A stretch of DNA of 64,000 nt from assembly GCF_046119375.1 (NCBI RefSeq), contig NW_027362767.1, positions 44,826,001 to 44,890,000 on the forward strand. Direction: 5' to 3'. This DNA comes from Phyllobates terribilis. Lineage: Eukaryota. The notes below the pieces were generated by a model. It had not been told where the DNA came from and did no database searches. It worked only from the letters and a program-made list of their open reading frames with translations. Below are positions 1 through 11,944 of this stretch, piece by piece. A program made the translations under genes and the position numbers. Position 1 is the first letter of the stretch; every line of letters begins with the position of its first letter.

Positions 1-342
1 GTTCCTAGTGAACAGACCCGCCTTCGTCCTCGGCTAGTCTGAACGAAGACCTATAGAATTAAGGGAGGGGTCCCTAAAAGAACTAAGGACTGGGACAAAA
101 AATGGGACACCTCCTAAACAGAAGTTGTTGTAGAACACAAAAGACAAACTGACAAAAAGTACTAGAGGTCCCAGAGGACCAAGCGAACTGACCGAGAAAG
201 GCACCGAAGCACCAGGCTAGCAAGACAGTCAAAACAACACTGAAGTCCAGCAAAGCCAGAAGGGCGGAGCAGGAATATATAGGCAGATGGTCACGTGACC
301 GCAAAACACAAGATAGAGAAAACTAACAGGAGGGTTCTAACA
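1..342 (-). repeat. 3' LTR (partial, truncated by window edge)
   Basis: Matches 4516-4857; on minus strand begins TGTTAGAACC immediately after the PPT. Confidence 0.95.
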
Positions 343-356
343 GTACCCCCTCTTTT
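343..356 (-). other. Polypurine tract (plus-strand primer) of the LTR element
   Basis: Minus strand AAAAGAGGGGGTAC directly 5' of the LTR-initial TG. Confidence 0.85.
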
Positions 357-3300
357 ATGAAGATCCTCCAGGCCCAGGCCTATCTGGAAACCTCCTGTGG
401 AAAGCTTTAACAAGCCTAGGAGCAGAGACATCATCCGTCCTTACCCAGGAGTTGTCTTTGGGACCGAAACCCTTCCAGGAGACAAGATACTGCAATCTCC
501 CTCTATGCCATCTTGAATTCAAAATACGAGAAATCTCAAATTCGCCGTCTTAGATACGTCAGCCTTTTTCAACAAGGAAACATGAAACACAGGATTAATC
601 TTCCAGGAAGTAGAGACATCCAACCTAACAGCAGACGGGTTAACAACCTGAAGCACTTTAAATGGACCCCCAAACTTAGGACCCAGCTTTTTAGAGGGAA
701 TCCTCAACCGCAGGTTCTTCGAGGACAACCAAACCATGTCACCCACAGTAAACAAAACCTCTTTACGTTTCCTGTCAAAATACTTCTTGGATTTCTTGTT
801 AGCCTCTTGAAGGTTGCAACGTACATTAGTCCAAACTCTCTCCAAATCACAGGAAAAATTCTCCTCCGGCACCGCCGACCCTAATTTGGAGAACGAACCA
901 AAAGACGGATGTATCCCAGTACAACAAAAAAGAGTAGAACACCCAGCAGAGGAGGATGTATGATTGTTAAGAGCAAATTCTGCGAGAGGCAGAAACTCCG
1001 ACCACACCTCTTGATTGTCCGCCACACAACGCAAAAACTGTTCTACATCCTGATTTTTTTCTTTGTCTGTCCATTAGACTCAGGATGATATCCAGACGAA
1101 AATGACAAATGGACTCCCAACCTGTCACAAAAAGCACGCCAAAAGCGAGCCACAAACTGAGGTCCTCTATCAGAAACTATATCTGTGGGAATGCCATGGA
1201 GCTTGACAATCTCCTTAACAAACGCCTTAGCGAGTGTCTTGGCGCAGGGCAACTTAATGAATGGAACCAAATGACACATCTTACTAAAACGGTTCACGAC
1301 CACCCAGATGACAGTAAAACCCTCGGACACAGGAAGATCAGTAATAAAATCCATTGTGAGATGCGTCCAAGGTGCACTAGGAACCTCCAGAGGGCAAACC
1401 AACCCCGCAGCAGGAGTATGTGAAGCCTTTGACCTAGCACACACAGTACACTGACGCACCCACTTGATGACTTCCTTCTGCCATCCAGGCCACCAAAAAC
1501 TGCGACTGATAAGTCTCTTAGTCTCCGAAACTCCTGGATGACCTGCCAACCGAGACTCATGATACTCCACAAACAAATCTCTCCTAAAGGCTCCAGGCAC
1601 GAACAACCTCCCATGGGGAGTGTTAGATGGAGCATCATCTTGAGCTTTCAGAATCCCATTCTCCAAAACGGAGTCCAAAGCCGCCACCACAACTCCTTTC
1701 TGTAAAATGCTCTCCTCCTCCTCGGCACCGACCGTAGGAGAGAAGCTGCGAGATAAAGCATCGGCTTTAACATTCTTAGTACCAGGGATATAGGTAACAG
1801 AAAAATGAAACCGAGAAAAAAAAAGTGCCCACCTAGCTTGACGGGCATTCAAGCGCTTGGCAGCATCCAGATAGATTAAATTCTTATGATCTGTGAAAAC
1901 CTGAATAGGAAATCTAGCGCCTTCCAAAAAATGACGCCAATGTTGAAACGCGAGTTTAATAGCCAGCAACTCCTGATTTCCAACATCATAATTCAGCTCG
2001 GTTTCTGAAAATTTCCTCACAGAAGGCACAAGGATGTACTCCATCCCTGTTCTCCTGAGACAAAACTGCTCCGACCCCCACCGATGAAGCATCGACCTCG
2101 ACCAAAAAAGGCTTGGTCTCATCAGGCTGCATAAGGATAGGGGCAGAACTGAACCTCTCTTTGAGATACTCAAACGCTTCAATGGCCTCAGTAGTCTACT
2201 GGACCATATTCGCACCTTTCCTGGTGAGATCAGTTAGATGCTTAACAATTACAGAAAAATTCTTAATGAATTTCCTGTAATAATTGGCAAAACCCGAAAA
2301 TCTCTGTATAGATTTCAAACCAATAGGCCTAGGCCATTCTGCACAGCCTGAACCTTCACCGGGTCCATCTCAAAGCCCTCGCTGGAGACAATGTAGCCCA
2401 AAAAACTAATTTTCTGCACAGCGAACTCACATTTCTCCAGCTTAGCAAAGAGTGAATTATCACCCAATAACTGCAAAACTTCACGTACACTCTGCCAATG
2501 GGACTCTAGATCTGGTGAATAAATCAAAATGTCATCCAAATACACAACCACATTCTTACCAATCAAAGGTCTCAGGATGTCATTAATAAGGTTCTGAAAA
2601 AATGCAGGTGCATTGGTAAGACCAAAAGGCATCACCAGATTCTCAAAATGGCCTACTGGAGTGTTAAAAGCAGTTTTCCATTCATCACCCTCCTTCACAC
2701 GTAACAAATTGTATGCCCCCCGGAGATCAATTTTGGAGAACCACTTGGCTCCCACTAACTGGTTAAACAAGTCAGGAATTAACGGCAATGGGTAGGAATT
2801 GCGTACGGTAATCTTATTAATCTCATGAAAATCCAGACATGGACGTAAACCGCCGTCCTTTTTTTTTTAACAAAGAAGAATCCGACTGCCACAGGCGACT
2901 TAGAAGGTCTAATGTGACCAGCAGCCAGGCTAGTCTGTATGTATTCCTCCAAGGCCTTTCTTTCAGGGATAGTCAAATTAAACAAGCAACTTTTGGGAAG
3001 AGTAGCACCTGGAAAAAAACTCAAGGGCGCAATCATAGTCCCTATGAGGAGGTAAAACTTGAGACTCCTCCTCCGAAAAAAACCTCCAAAAATCTTGACT
3101 AGGTACTGGTAATTCCCCTTTTTCCACAGCCGCAATGCGACCCTTACACCATTTATCATAGCACTTCGGACTCCAAGACTTAATCACATTAGTAGACCAG
3201 TCCAATAAAGGATTGTGCAGTTTTAACCAAGGCAATCCTAGAACAACCGGAGAGGGTAAATTATCTAATACAACCAAGTCCAAAATTTCTTGGTGAACGC

Positions 3301-3570
3301 CATTGATGGTGAGAGGAAATGCAGCAGTCTTGTGGGTAATACATTTCAAAGGAGTGTTATCAATTGCAACCACAGAAATATGTGATGACAAAGGTTTGGA
3401 TTTCAATTTAAGGTTTTCCAAAAACCCTTTATCAATCACATTAAGTGTTGAACCACAATCCACAAATACCTGAAATGCAATCAAATCTCCCTGCAGAGTA
3501 GTACTCCCAGAAAGAAATACTCCTGCAGAGCGTAAACAAGCTATATGGGCGTAACTGATCCTTTTTTTTT
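355..3570 (-). pseudogene. pol (protease-RT-RNase H-integrase-chromodomain), broken by several frameshifts and one TAG
   Basis: Protease FVDCGS; [10 protein letters not shown]...YLDDILIYS; RNase [14 protein letters not shown] and ELLAIK...FTDHKNL; integrase HHCC (H..AGHPG..CTVC), MDFITDLP, SDRGPQF; chromodomain FEISRILNSRWHRGRLQYLVSWKGFGPKDNSWV at ~430-540; TAG at 2196-2198. Confidence 0.95.
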
Positions 3571-4373
3571 TTTTTCTTTACTTAAACGACGCTCACAATA
3601 CTTAATCAAATGGTCAGCTTTACCACAATAAATACACAAACCTTCGGCAAATCTCCGGTCTCTTTCCTGAGAGCGGAGTGACATTGCCCCCACCTCCATT
3701 GGTTCTCCGCTGTCAGAGCAGATTTTCTGGGAACTAGGACCTGACGTTACAGGAGTTTTTACATCATTCAGCCTGGACCTCAGTCTCCTGTCCACACGAA
3801 CAGCTAACTGCATAGCCTCCTGCAGTGTCTCAGGTCCACGGAATGCAAATAGCAAATCCTTAACCCTTTCACTCAGACCAGCAAGAAATAAACATCTCAG
3901 CGCAGAATCATTCCATTTAACTTCTGAAGCCCATCTCCTGAAGTGTGTGCAATAATTTTCAACATCATCTGACCTCTGATTCAAACGTCTAAGTTCTGAT
4001 TCAGCAGATGAGATTCGATCAGGATCATCATATAATAGCCCCATAGCAGAAAAAAATTCTCAACAGACCCCAAACACGGATCATTAGGTTGAAGAGAAAA
4101 GGCCCACCCCTGTGGTTCCTTGCGCAAAAGTGACATAATAAAACCAATGCGCTGTGATTCATTCCCAGAGGATCTTGGTCTCAAACGAAAATATAACAAA
4201 CAAGCATTTTTAAAGGAAAAAAAATCTTGCTGTTTACTACAAAAAACATCAGGCAGGCCTACCTTGGGTTCAACAAAATGCGCTCCAGAACAGCTACTCA
4301 CGTGTTGCTGGAGCTCGGCCACCTCCAGAGACAATCCCTGCAAGCGTTGAGCCAACTCCTGGACGGAAACCAT
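3541..4373 (-). pseudogene. gag (capsid plus CCHC zinc knuckle), one frameshift at ~4050
   Basis: ATG at 4373 (MVSVQELAQRLQ); LRKEPQGWA; LNQRSDDVENYCTHF; GEPMEVG; CIYCGKADHLIKYC knuckle; 7-T run where 8 would restore the frame. Confidence 0.9.
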
Positions 4374-4422
4374 ACTGATCCCCAAATTTCTTTCATTTAA
4401 GTTTTTTTTGGGCTGGACTTGC

Positions 4423-4857
4423 TGTTATGATCTGCAACAAGAACTAAGGAAAGATAGGGGAAAGCTGTCCCTACAGTAAGACTAAGCTGAATTCCTATGA
4501 TGTAGCGGGCTGCCTGTTCCTAGTGAACAGACCCGCCTTCGTCCTCGGCTAGTCTGAACGAAGACCTATAGAATTAAGGGAGGGGTCCCTAAAAGAACTA
4601 AGGACTGGGACAAAAAATGGGACACCTCCTAAACAGAAGTTGTTGTAGAACACAAAAGACAAACTGACAAAAAGTACTAGAGGTCCCAGAGGACCAAGCG
4701 AACTGACAGAGAAAGGCACCGAAGCACCAGGTTAGCAAGACAGTCAAAACAACACTGAAGTCCAGCAAAGCCAGAAGGGCGGAGCTGGAATATATAGGCA
4801 GATGGTCACGTGACCGCAAAACACAAGATAGAGAAAACTAACAGGAGGGTTCTAACA
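4423..4857 (-). repeat. 5' LTR (435 bp, TG...CA termini), TATA box at 4796-4791
   Basis: Plus strand begins TGTTATGA at 4423 and ends CTAACA at 4857; overlap with 1-342 is ~99% identical. Confidence 0.93.
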
Positions 4858-6029
4858 ATGGCTATGTATGTGATCTGGTGTTCACTGGGAACTGGTAATG
4901 TGAGATTAATGAGGACGTGGTGCAGGAGTGGAGTTTTTCCAAGAGTGGGCAGTGGGACTGTGGAAGGTTCGAGGGGTGGAGGCGGAGCTGGGGTGGAGCC
5001 TGGGCGGAGTCTCAAGGGGGCCTGAAAATTTTGCCAGTATGGGGCCCTGAAATTCCTGGTGGCAGCCCTGATCTTGTTGGTTGCAAAGCATCTCCATTCA
5101 CTTGTACTATTCTGCAATGTAGCAAGCGGCGTACAGCGATCTCTGATTGCACGACTTGTGTTACAGCCAAAGTCGCTGTGTAGCCCCAGCCTCGGTAAAG
5201 AAAAGTCCTTGTTCTCATTATGCTAAATGCACATTGCGTTTGCATCTAGTATCGGCTGTATATAAGGCATGTGCCAGAAAGCCACAGTCTTGATAGATGT
5301 CATGGCATCTGTCCAACATAAGGCCCAATTAAATAAGACCTATATGGCATGGTATATGTCCACTGTGCAGATACATTCTGGCTAGACAAAGGTTATAGGT
5401 ACACTCTTTTGGCCTACATCCTGTAAATGGGGATCTATAGATCTATAAAAATGCTAGTATATATGCCAGGAGGTTTTTCCTGGCTTACTCATTGAATGTA
5501 GTGCAGGAACGCAAAGCTATTGCTTCTTAAAATAATTTTTAATCATATTCGTGCCCACAGAGGCAAAAGAAGTGGTGTGACCCACTTGAGAGCCGTCTTC
5601 ATTACTCAAAGCCGAGAGCTGCTACAAAGAGCAGGTTACAATGGGTGTCGTATCATTTTTAATTGGTATTATTGCCAAATTTTAGTCCAGGTTTTTTTTT
5701 ACAGAAAAAACTGATGGCACTTCCAATACAAGATATAGGTGTGAACAGGAGCGTACTAGGAGAAGCTACCTCCATATACAATTAACAAATAAAGTAGTTT
5801 TTTTTATGCAGAATAACACAAAAACGCAAGTGTGTTTTTTGGTTCCGTGTAGAAGCCTACATGGAAAAAAATGCACAGTTCAACAATGTCTTCATACGCA
5901 CAGTGGGCAGGACTTTTTATAAGCTCACATCTACTTTGCTTGAACTATTAAACGCAGAAGATTTCCTGCCACAAAAAAAGCAGCAGAAAAAATGCAATAT
6001 TTATGTAATTTGGAACTATGGCTTTACAT

Positions 6030-6135
6030 GGTTTTTATATATCTCCAACTTATTCTACAGCGCTTTACAGTCATTATCATTGCTGTCCTCATTGGGGCTC
6101 ACAATCTAAATTCCCCTGTCTTTGGACATATTCAG
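6030..6135 (-). mobile_element. 3' tail fragment of tRNA-derived SINE
   Basis: Similar to the tail of the SINE copies at 11250-11480 and 50231-50478 (GATTGTGAGCCCCAATG...GCGCTGTAGAATAAGTTGG...TATATAAA). Confidence 0.55.
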
Positions 6136-8929
6136 GATAAAGCCAGCTGTCTTTTTTCTGTAGCTCCTTCGCTGACTGTTTTGCCGCCGTCTTTTGCGTT
6201 GGACCCTTCTTTTCCCTTTTACCTTTAATACAAAGACCCGAAGAAGACTGAACATTTTACTTTTAAATGTATCTCCGTTTCCGAAGCTTTAAGTGGTTAT
6301 AAGAAGCAACAAAAGACTGAATATGTGCACAGCAATGTCCTTTTTACATTCTTTGTGGTGCTTTTTCATGCGGAACCGGCCCAAAAAGACATCGTGTTCA
6401 CATAACCCTTCTCAGAGGAATTTAACAGTGGTGTGCAACTGCAGCATTGAAAAATTTTACCCATAAACTTTCCATAATGGCTGTTTTCTGTGAGTATTTT
6501 GCGGTGCCCGAGATATTTGCCAACTCTTTCAGGAGTCAGGGACGTCTCTGCTTTTCCTAGGAGCCTCACGGACATTCCCAGAGCGGTGGCAAGTATGTTC
6601 CAACCTCAAAGTGACATGGGCCCTGTTTTGTCAACTTCTGATGGGGTTGTCTTCTGCTGGTCCTCTGTTGCATCTGGGCACAAAGAGTCAGTCCAACCCT
6701 GGAAACAACAAAGGGAAGACTCTGTGGAAAGCATGGAACGTGTTGGCTAGAAAGGACGTCATGCTCACTCTCCCTGCAGCATTCAGCTCATTGCTAAGTG
6801 CCTGTAAATAATTGATAGTGGGTCACCTGTATCCACCTCTTCTCCTTTTACTTCCACTGTATCTCGGGGCGATGTTCACATGATCAACCACAAGTGTAGA
6901 ATGAGCGTCACTTATAATGGCGTATCCTGGATATGTGCACTGAAGTGTGCTGCCTAATGACCTGTGCATCCTTCTTCTGAAGGGATTGTAGGGGTGACAA
7001 CATGAACATTTGTTTAGTCCTAAATGAGCCATTGTATCTAAACTTATGAGTGATACTGTCTAATGAGCCATTGTATCTAAACTTATGAGTGAGTGTATCT
7101 AGGGCAAGTTGAAAAAATTCCAATTGGTTCCAACTTTTTGCAACTTGCTTGTTGCAGTGCGACCCCCTTCACCTGCATTACGCTGCGGTGTAAAAGCTGC
7201 ACACAGGGATCTGCGTCTGTCAGACATTTTGTAGTAGGCGCATTTTCAGATGTTTTGGTGGTCCTACGGTAACCATACTTCAAGACAACTCTGGTGAGTT
7301 GGCCATAGACTGGACTGACGAGATGAAGGGCTGATAACTGGAACAGTCACCTTTTGTTTGCTGCTGCCTGTATACGGGAATCCTGCACGTATGCAAAACC
7401 CATGAGTCAGCTGCATGCAACATCAGGAAACACACGGATGAGTCATCCTCAACGCTTTTCAGTACCAGCTACAGGAAATGTGCAAAGTATTAATACAATC
7501 ATATAGGGGCCATATTTCACAGTGTTACAGCAGCCATTCCCAGCCTGACCATGGATTTCCTTTCCCAAAATCAACAGCCTCATATATGCAGTTGAGACTG
7601 TTAGTTTGGGGTCATGAAAGCCACGGTCGGGTTGAGAATTGTGGCCGTAATAATACAGCAACTATAGAATGAAAAGAACACCAAAATAACATAAATAAAT
7701 GTCACATTCTTTACAAAACAAGGTGATCATCAATCATCATCATCAATCATTCAGGGGTCTGGTTAAGTTCTGAAACCATTATGGCCCCAACTTGATCCCT
7801 TCTCCTTTCTGGAATGGGACCCAGCACAGGGAGGAAGTGAAACGTTCCTGCACAGTCTGGGGTCAGTATTTATATATGGGTCTGTATACATTAGGAGTTC
7901 TGCATTCTTTTTATTTAGGGGGTCATGTTTGGGGTCTATACTATTTTCAGGTCAGTGTTAATGCATTGAATTAGCAATAGCAGATTTGGTCTGGGGTCTG
8001 TATTAATTAGAGGGTTTGTAAAAAAAAAAAAAAAAAAAATTGGGGGTGTGGAGGGGGAACTGGTGTGGTTCTGTATTTATTTAGTGAGTCTGATCTGGAG
8101 CGTTATTTAGGTCATCTATAACTCTTGTGACTGTATTCACACTCCTCAACATTGAAATTGTGACACCTGTACGGAAAAGTTCTGGATGGAGACGTTAGTG
8201 TTCTGCAAATGATGAAAACATTGGAAAAAAAATTCTCAAACATCTGGATTCCTTCAGTTTGGAGTGTGAGCCACCTGCAGAAATCCCGGCACTTCCAGCC
8301 TCGGCTGCTATCACTGAGGTTATTAATGGTCGTCTGAGGAAGGTTCTGCCGCTGAATGCACTTGGGCAAATCATCAAGATCTGCTGCTGGCAGCTCCTGA
8401 GTAATGACGTCCCTGGTGTTCTCGAGACAAGTCTGAAGACGCTGCAGACCACGGTAGCACGTTTACATCACGCAGGCTGCTCACAGTAGCATCAGCAATG
8501 TGCGGTCTGGGGGTGTCATCTTGTAAAGCAGCTTCTGGGACACTTTGGGGAAATGGCCGAACAACCGGGTCCATGATTGATCCGTTCTGTGCTGCACGTA
8601 AAATTAGACATCATTTACTGAGCCTAAGGAATCACACATTATCTCCAAAAAGCAGCAGAAGGAATTTTAGTGTATTTAGGGGGGTCTGTATTGTTTTTGG
8701 GGGTCTGGTTTTGAGTTTGTATTACTTTGTTAGTTTTAGGGGTCTGTATTACTTTTGGGGATCTGGGGTCCATATTGCTTTTGGGGGTCTAGGATTCTTA
8801 TTACTTTTGCTGATTTGTGGTCCATATTTCTTTTGGGGGTATAATCTTGGGTCTATATTACTTTTGGTGGTCTTGGGTCCATATTACTTTCAGGTGTCTG
8901 GTCTGGGGCTTTTATTACTTTTGGTGGTT

Positions 8930-9340
8930 TGGGGTCAGTATTACTTTCTGTAGTCCAGTCTGAGGCTTTTTTACTTTTGGGGGTCTGGTCTGGGGCTTTT
9001 ATTACTTTTGGGGGTCTGGTCTGGGGCTTTTATTACTTTTGGGGGTCTGGTCTGAGGCTTTTTTACTTTTGGGGGTCTGTTCTGGGGCTTTTATTACTTT
9101 TGGGGGTCTGGTCTGGGGCTTTTATTACTTTTGGGGGCAGGGTCTGGGGCTTTTATTACTTTTGGGGGTCTGGTCTGGGGCTTTTATTACTTTTGGGGGT
9201 CTGGTCTGAGGCTTTTTTACTTTTGGGGGTCTGTTCTGGGGCTTTTATTACTTTTGGGGGTCTGGTCTGGGGCTTTTATTACTTTTGGGGGCAGGGTCTG
9301 GGGCTTTTATTACTTTTGGGTGTCTGGTCTTTTATTACTT
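8930..9340. repeat. 31-bp G/T-rich minisatellite (GGGGCTTTTATTACTTTTGGGGGTCTGGTCT)n with degenerate flanks from ~8680 to ~9560
   Basis: Period 31 measured directly (ATTACTTTT at 9001 and 9032); explains the spurious ORFs at 8498-9577. Confidence 0.92.
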
Positions 9341-9679
9341 TTAAGTCTGGTGTGGGGTCCGTATTACTTGTTTGGGTCTGGTCTGGTGTCCGTATTAGTT
9401 TTGGGGGTCTGGGTTATTTATTACTTGTGGTGGTATGGAGTCCATATTACTTTTGGGGTGGTCTGTATTAATTTTGGAGATCTGTATTTGTTTGGAGAGT
9501 CTGTATTGCTTCGGGGCGTTGTATTTATTTCGGGGGTCCGGTCTAGGGCGTTATTTCTGGGGCTGGTCTGGCGGTGACAATCATTCTATTCGGGAGTGAT
9601 TGCAGTGGCAGCCAGTGCGTTGTCCTGTATAAATCAGTAATTTTGCCGCACAACCCCCTCACTTTTCAGCATCTCCAAG

Positions 9680-9988
9680 GTTGCTATGGGTGACCAGGCA
9701 CCGTGCCCCTGCTCTGCACATTCTATCAGTGGAGACCCCTTTTATTCAGTGTTTATGGCTGTCTCGCTGCACATGATGCACGTACTGCTGCCAGACGTCT
9801 CTCCCTCCTCCTCCCCCCGCCTACACCCAGCAGTGGGCGGGGCTCCTATGTGTTTACAGACACGTACCGCGCTCTGCACGCATGTACGTCAGCTGTGACG
9901 TCACGGTGAGCCCGCCCCCTGCCCAGGGCCTCTTCCGGGTGCAGCTGGAGCCTGGTGAGAGCCGCTGCTGCTGGGACCCGGGCTGGTC
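9680..9988 (+). promoter_or_regulatory. ERO1A CpG-rich promoter / 5' UTR with HRE cores, GC boxes and a palindromic CRE
   Basis: CACGTA (TACGTG on minus) at 9779-9784 and 9861-9866; GGGCGG at 9835-9840; GTGACGTCAC at 9895-9904; high CpG density. Confidence 0.75.
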
Positions 9989-10090
9989 ATGAAGGCTGTC
10001 GTCCTCTTCTTCCTCGTCCTGTGCTCCGTGCTGCCATGGGAGGCCCAGCCTCACACTCCGGGCTCCGCGGCGCACAGCTGCTTTTGCCAG
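9989..10090 (+). CDS. ERO1A: ERO1A exon 1 (signal peptide, MKAVVLFFLVLCSVLPWEAQ...CFCQ)
   Basis: ATG 9989; hydrophobic signal; CFCQ then GTGAGC donor. Confidence 0.93.
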
Positions 10091-11249
10091 GTGAGCGCCC
10101 TGTGCCTCCATGGTTACTCCTCTCTATCACTGTTACTGACTGGGCAGCGGGGCTTCTCTGGTCCTTCAGTCTCCTGCTGCTGTATCAGATGCAGTGGAAA
10201 GGTAAAGCATGGTGGATAACAAGATGTTGTGGGAGCATTGGCTGGAGATGGGAGAAACCATAAAACCTGCAGTAGATGCATCTAAAGTTGTCACTGTTGA
10301 CTTGTCCCTCGCTGTCAAATGTCCTAAAAAAAAATGTCCCACGCGATTCGTGAATTTTGCACAAAACAAAAAGAAATGCTCTTTAGGTCTTGAACTTTTT
10401 TTTTTTCTGACTTTTTTTTTGCACAAATTCCCTCATCAGATGTGACGTTTATAAACAATTTCAGACTTCCATAAAATTACTCCAGTGCTGGAGATCATCG
10501 GCGCTTAAGCTCTGTGAGAATTTAAGAAAGGTCACAATCAGCTGAAAACTTCAGGAAACAAAACCTCGCTGACAATGAGCAACATAAAAAAATAAAAGGA
10601 CGCGTAAAATAGACGTAAAAAGAGTCGCAAACGGAAGAATAAACAAAGACAACAAAAAGCTGCAAATGCAGCAATGCATCGCGGCTGCACGGTCAGATTT
10701 ACTTAAACGTTTTGACAGTTTTTGAGAAGTTTTGACTTTGGTCCAGTTGTCCCCTCATCTGCCTTTACTGATACTTTGTTGCATTGTCAGGTGGATTTAT
10801 TATTGTGTAGGGAGTTGAGAGAGACTAAAGGGAATAGATCTGTCTGTTTAAAGGGGTATTCCAGCCACATCAGTTATGGCCTCTCCATAGGATATAGAGC
10901 TGGTTCATGAGAGGGGTAAAATGGTCGTCTTCCCTGTATGATCTACATCTACCCCCGTCATCTACAGTCCCCACAGCTGTAACTTGCATCAGATCTGGGC
11001 ACAGTGAGGCGGTATTATTTACATTACCAGTGGGCTCATGTGTTTTTGCCTTGTCCAGGACTGGAAAAACTTGTCTGCTTTCTTGCAAAAAGGAAAAAAA
11101 CCAAACCCATCTACAGGTTCACTACATTAAAGCTGCAGTACTAGACACAACCTATAGACACAAGTGGCGCTGTTTGTGGACGAAAACTGCCATGTATTAT
11201 TTTTTTTAAATCTATTTGCCAGGGATCATCGGCATCCTGCAGCTGTTTT

Positions 11250-11480
11250 ATTTTATTTACTTATCTAACACCATTGTTTGCACATACATCATTATCATCA
11301 ATGTCCCCAATGGAGCTCACAATCTACATTCCCTATCAGGATGTCTTTGGAGTGTGGGATGAAACCCGTGCAAACACGGTGAGAACATAGAAACTCTTTG
11401 CAGATATCGTCCTTGGTGGGATTTGAACCCAAGACCCCAGCGCTGCCAAGCACCAGTGCTGACCACTGAGCCACCGTGCC
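11250..11480 (-). mobile_element. tRNA-derived SINE (V-SINE-like), ERO1A intron 1
   Basis: Minus-strand head GGCACGGTGGCTCAGTGG (A box), GGGTTCAAATCC (B box); body similar to the copy at 50231-50478. Confidence 0.82.
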
Positions 11481-11824
11481 GTTAAAAAGAACTACAACAA
11501 CCAACATCTTGACATTCTGTGTCTGGGACTTGTAGTTATACAAGTAGTGAATGTTTGATTAGTGGGACCCAGCAGATGGACATTTCCCAGCATCCAGAAT
11601 AGGGGTCTTGTGCATCTCCCCTTGTACGGGCTGCATAAAGGCTTATTGATCGCCATTCCCCCTCTCTGGTGCATTGTGGAGCGATTGGACAGCTAGCTGG
11701 ATGGTACTTGCAATGAAGGGGAGTGATTTTGAGAGTCCCACTATTTCAGGAATATGCTGTTTAAATTTTTATACACACTCACTCACACACACACTTTTTC
11801 CCCCCTCTAATTGTTGTTTTCTAG

Positions 11825-11944
11825 GTTGCCGGATACCTTGATGATTGCACGTGTGATGTGGAGACCATAGACCAATTTAATAACAAGAAACTATTTCCTA
11901 AACTGCAAAAACTTTTGGAAACCGACTATTTCAGATACTACAAG
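11825..11944 (+). CDS. ERO1A: ERO1A exon 2 ([16 protein letters not shown]...FRYYK)
   Basis: TAG acceptor, GTAATT donor, 120 nt. Confidence 0.97.

Larger units (their letters stand above)
1..4857 (-). mobile_element. Ty3/Gypsy chromovirus (Tf1/sushi-type) LTR retrotransposon, nearly full length, coding region disrupted; 3' LTR runs off the window start
   Basis: Direct repeats 1-342 and 4516-4857 (3 substitutions in 342 bp); gag, protease, RT, RNase H, integrase and chromodomain in Gypsy order on the minus strand; polypurine tract next to the 3' LTR. Confidence 0.97.

Noticed and set aside
7021-7095. ~40-bp tandem duplication (also a 23-bp duplication at ~47653-47700)
   Set aside because: Isolated two-copy slippage events with no further structure.
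8498-9577. Long hydrophobic G/L/F/W-rich ORFs resembling membrane proteins
   Set aside because: Produced by the G/T-rich 31-bp minisatellite.
11420-11480. tRNA gene suggested by A and B boxes (also at ~50231-50280)
   Set aside because: The boxes lead into a SINE body and tail; no complete cloverleaf.
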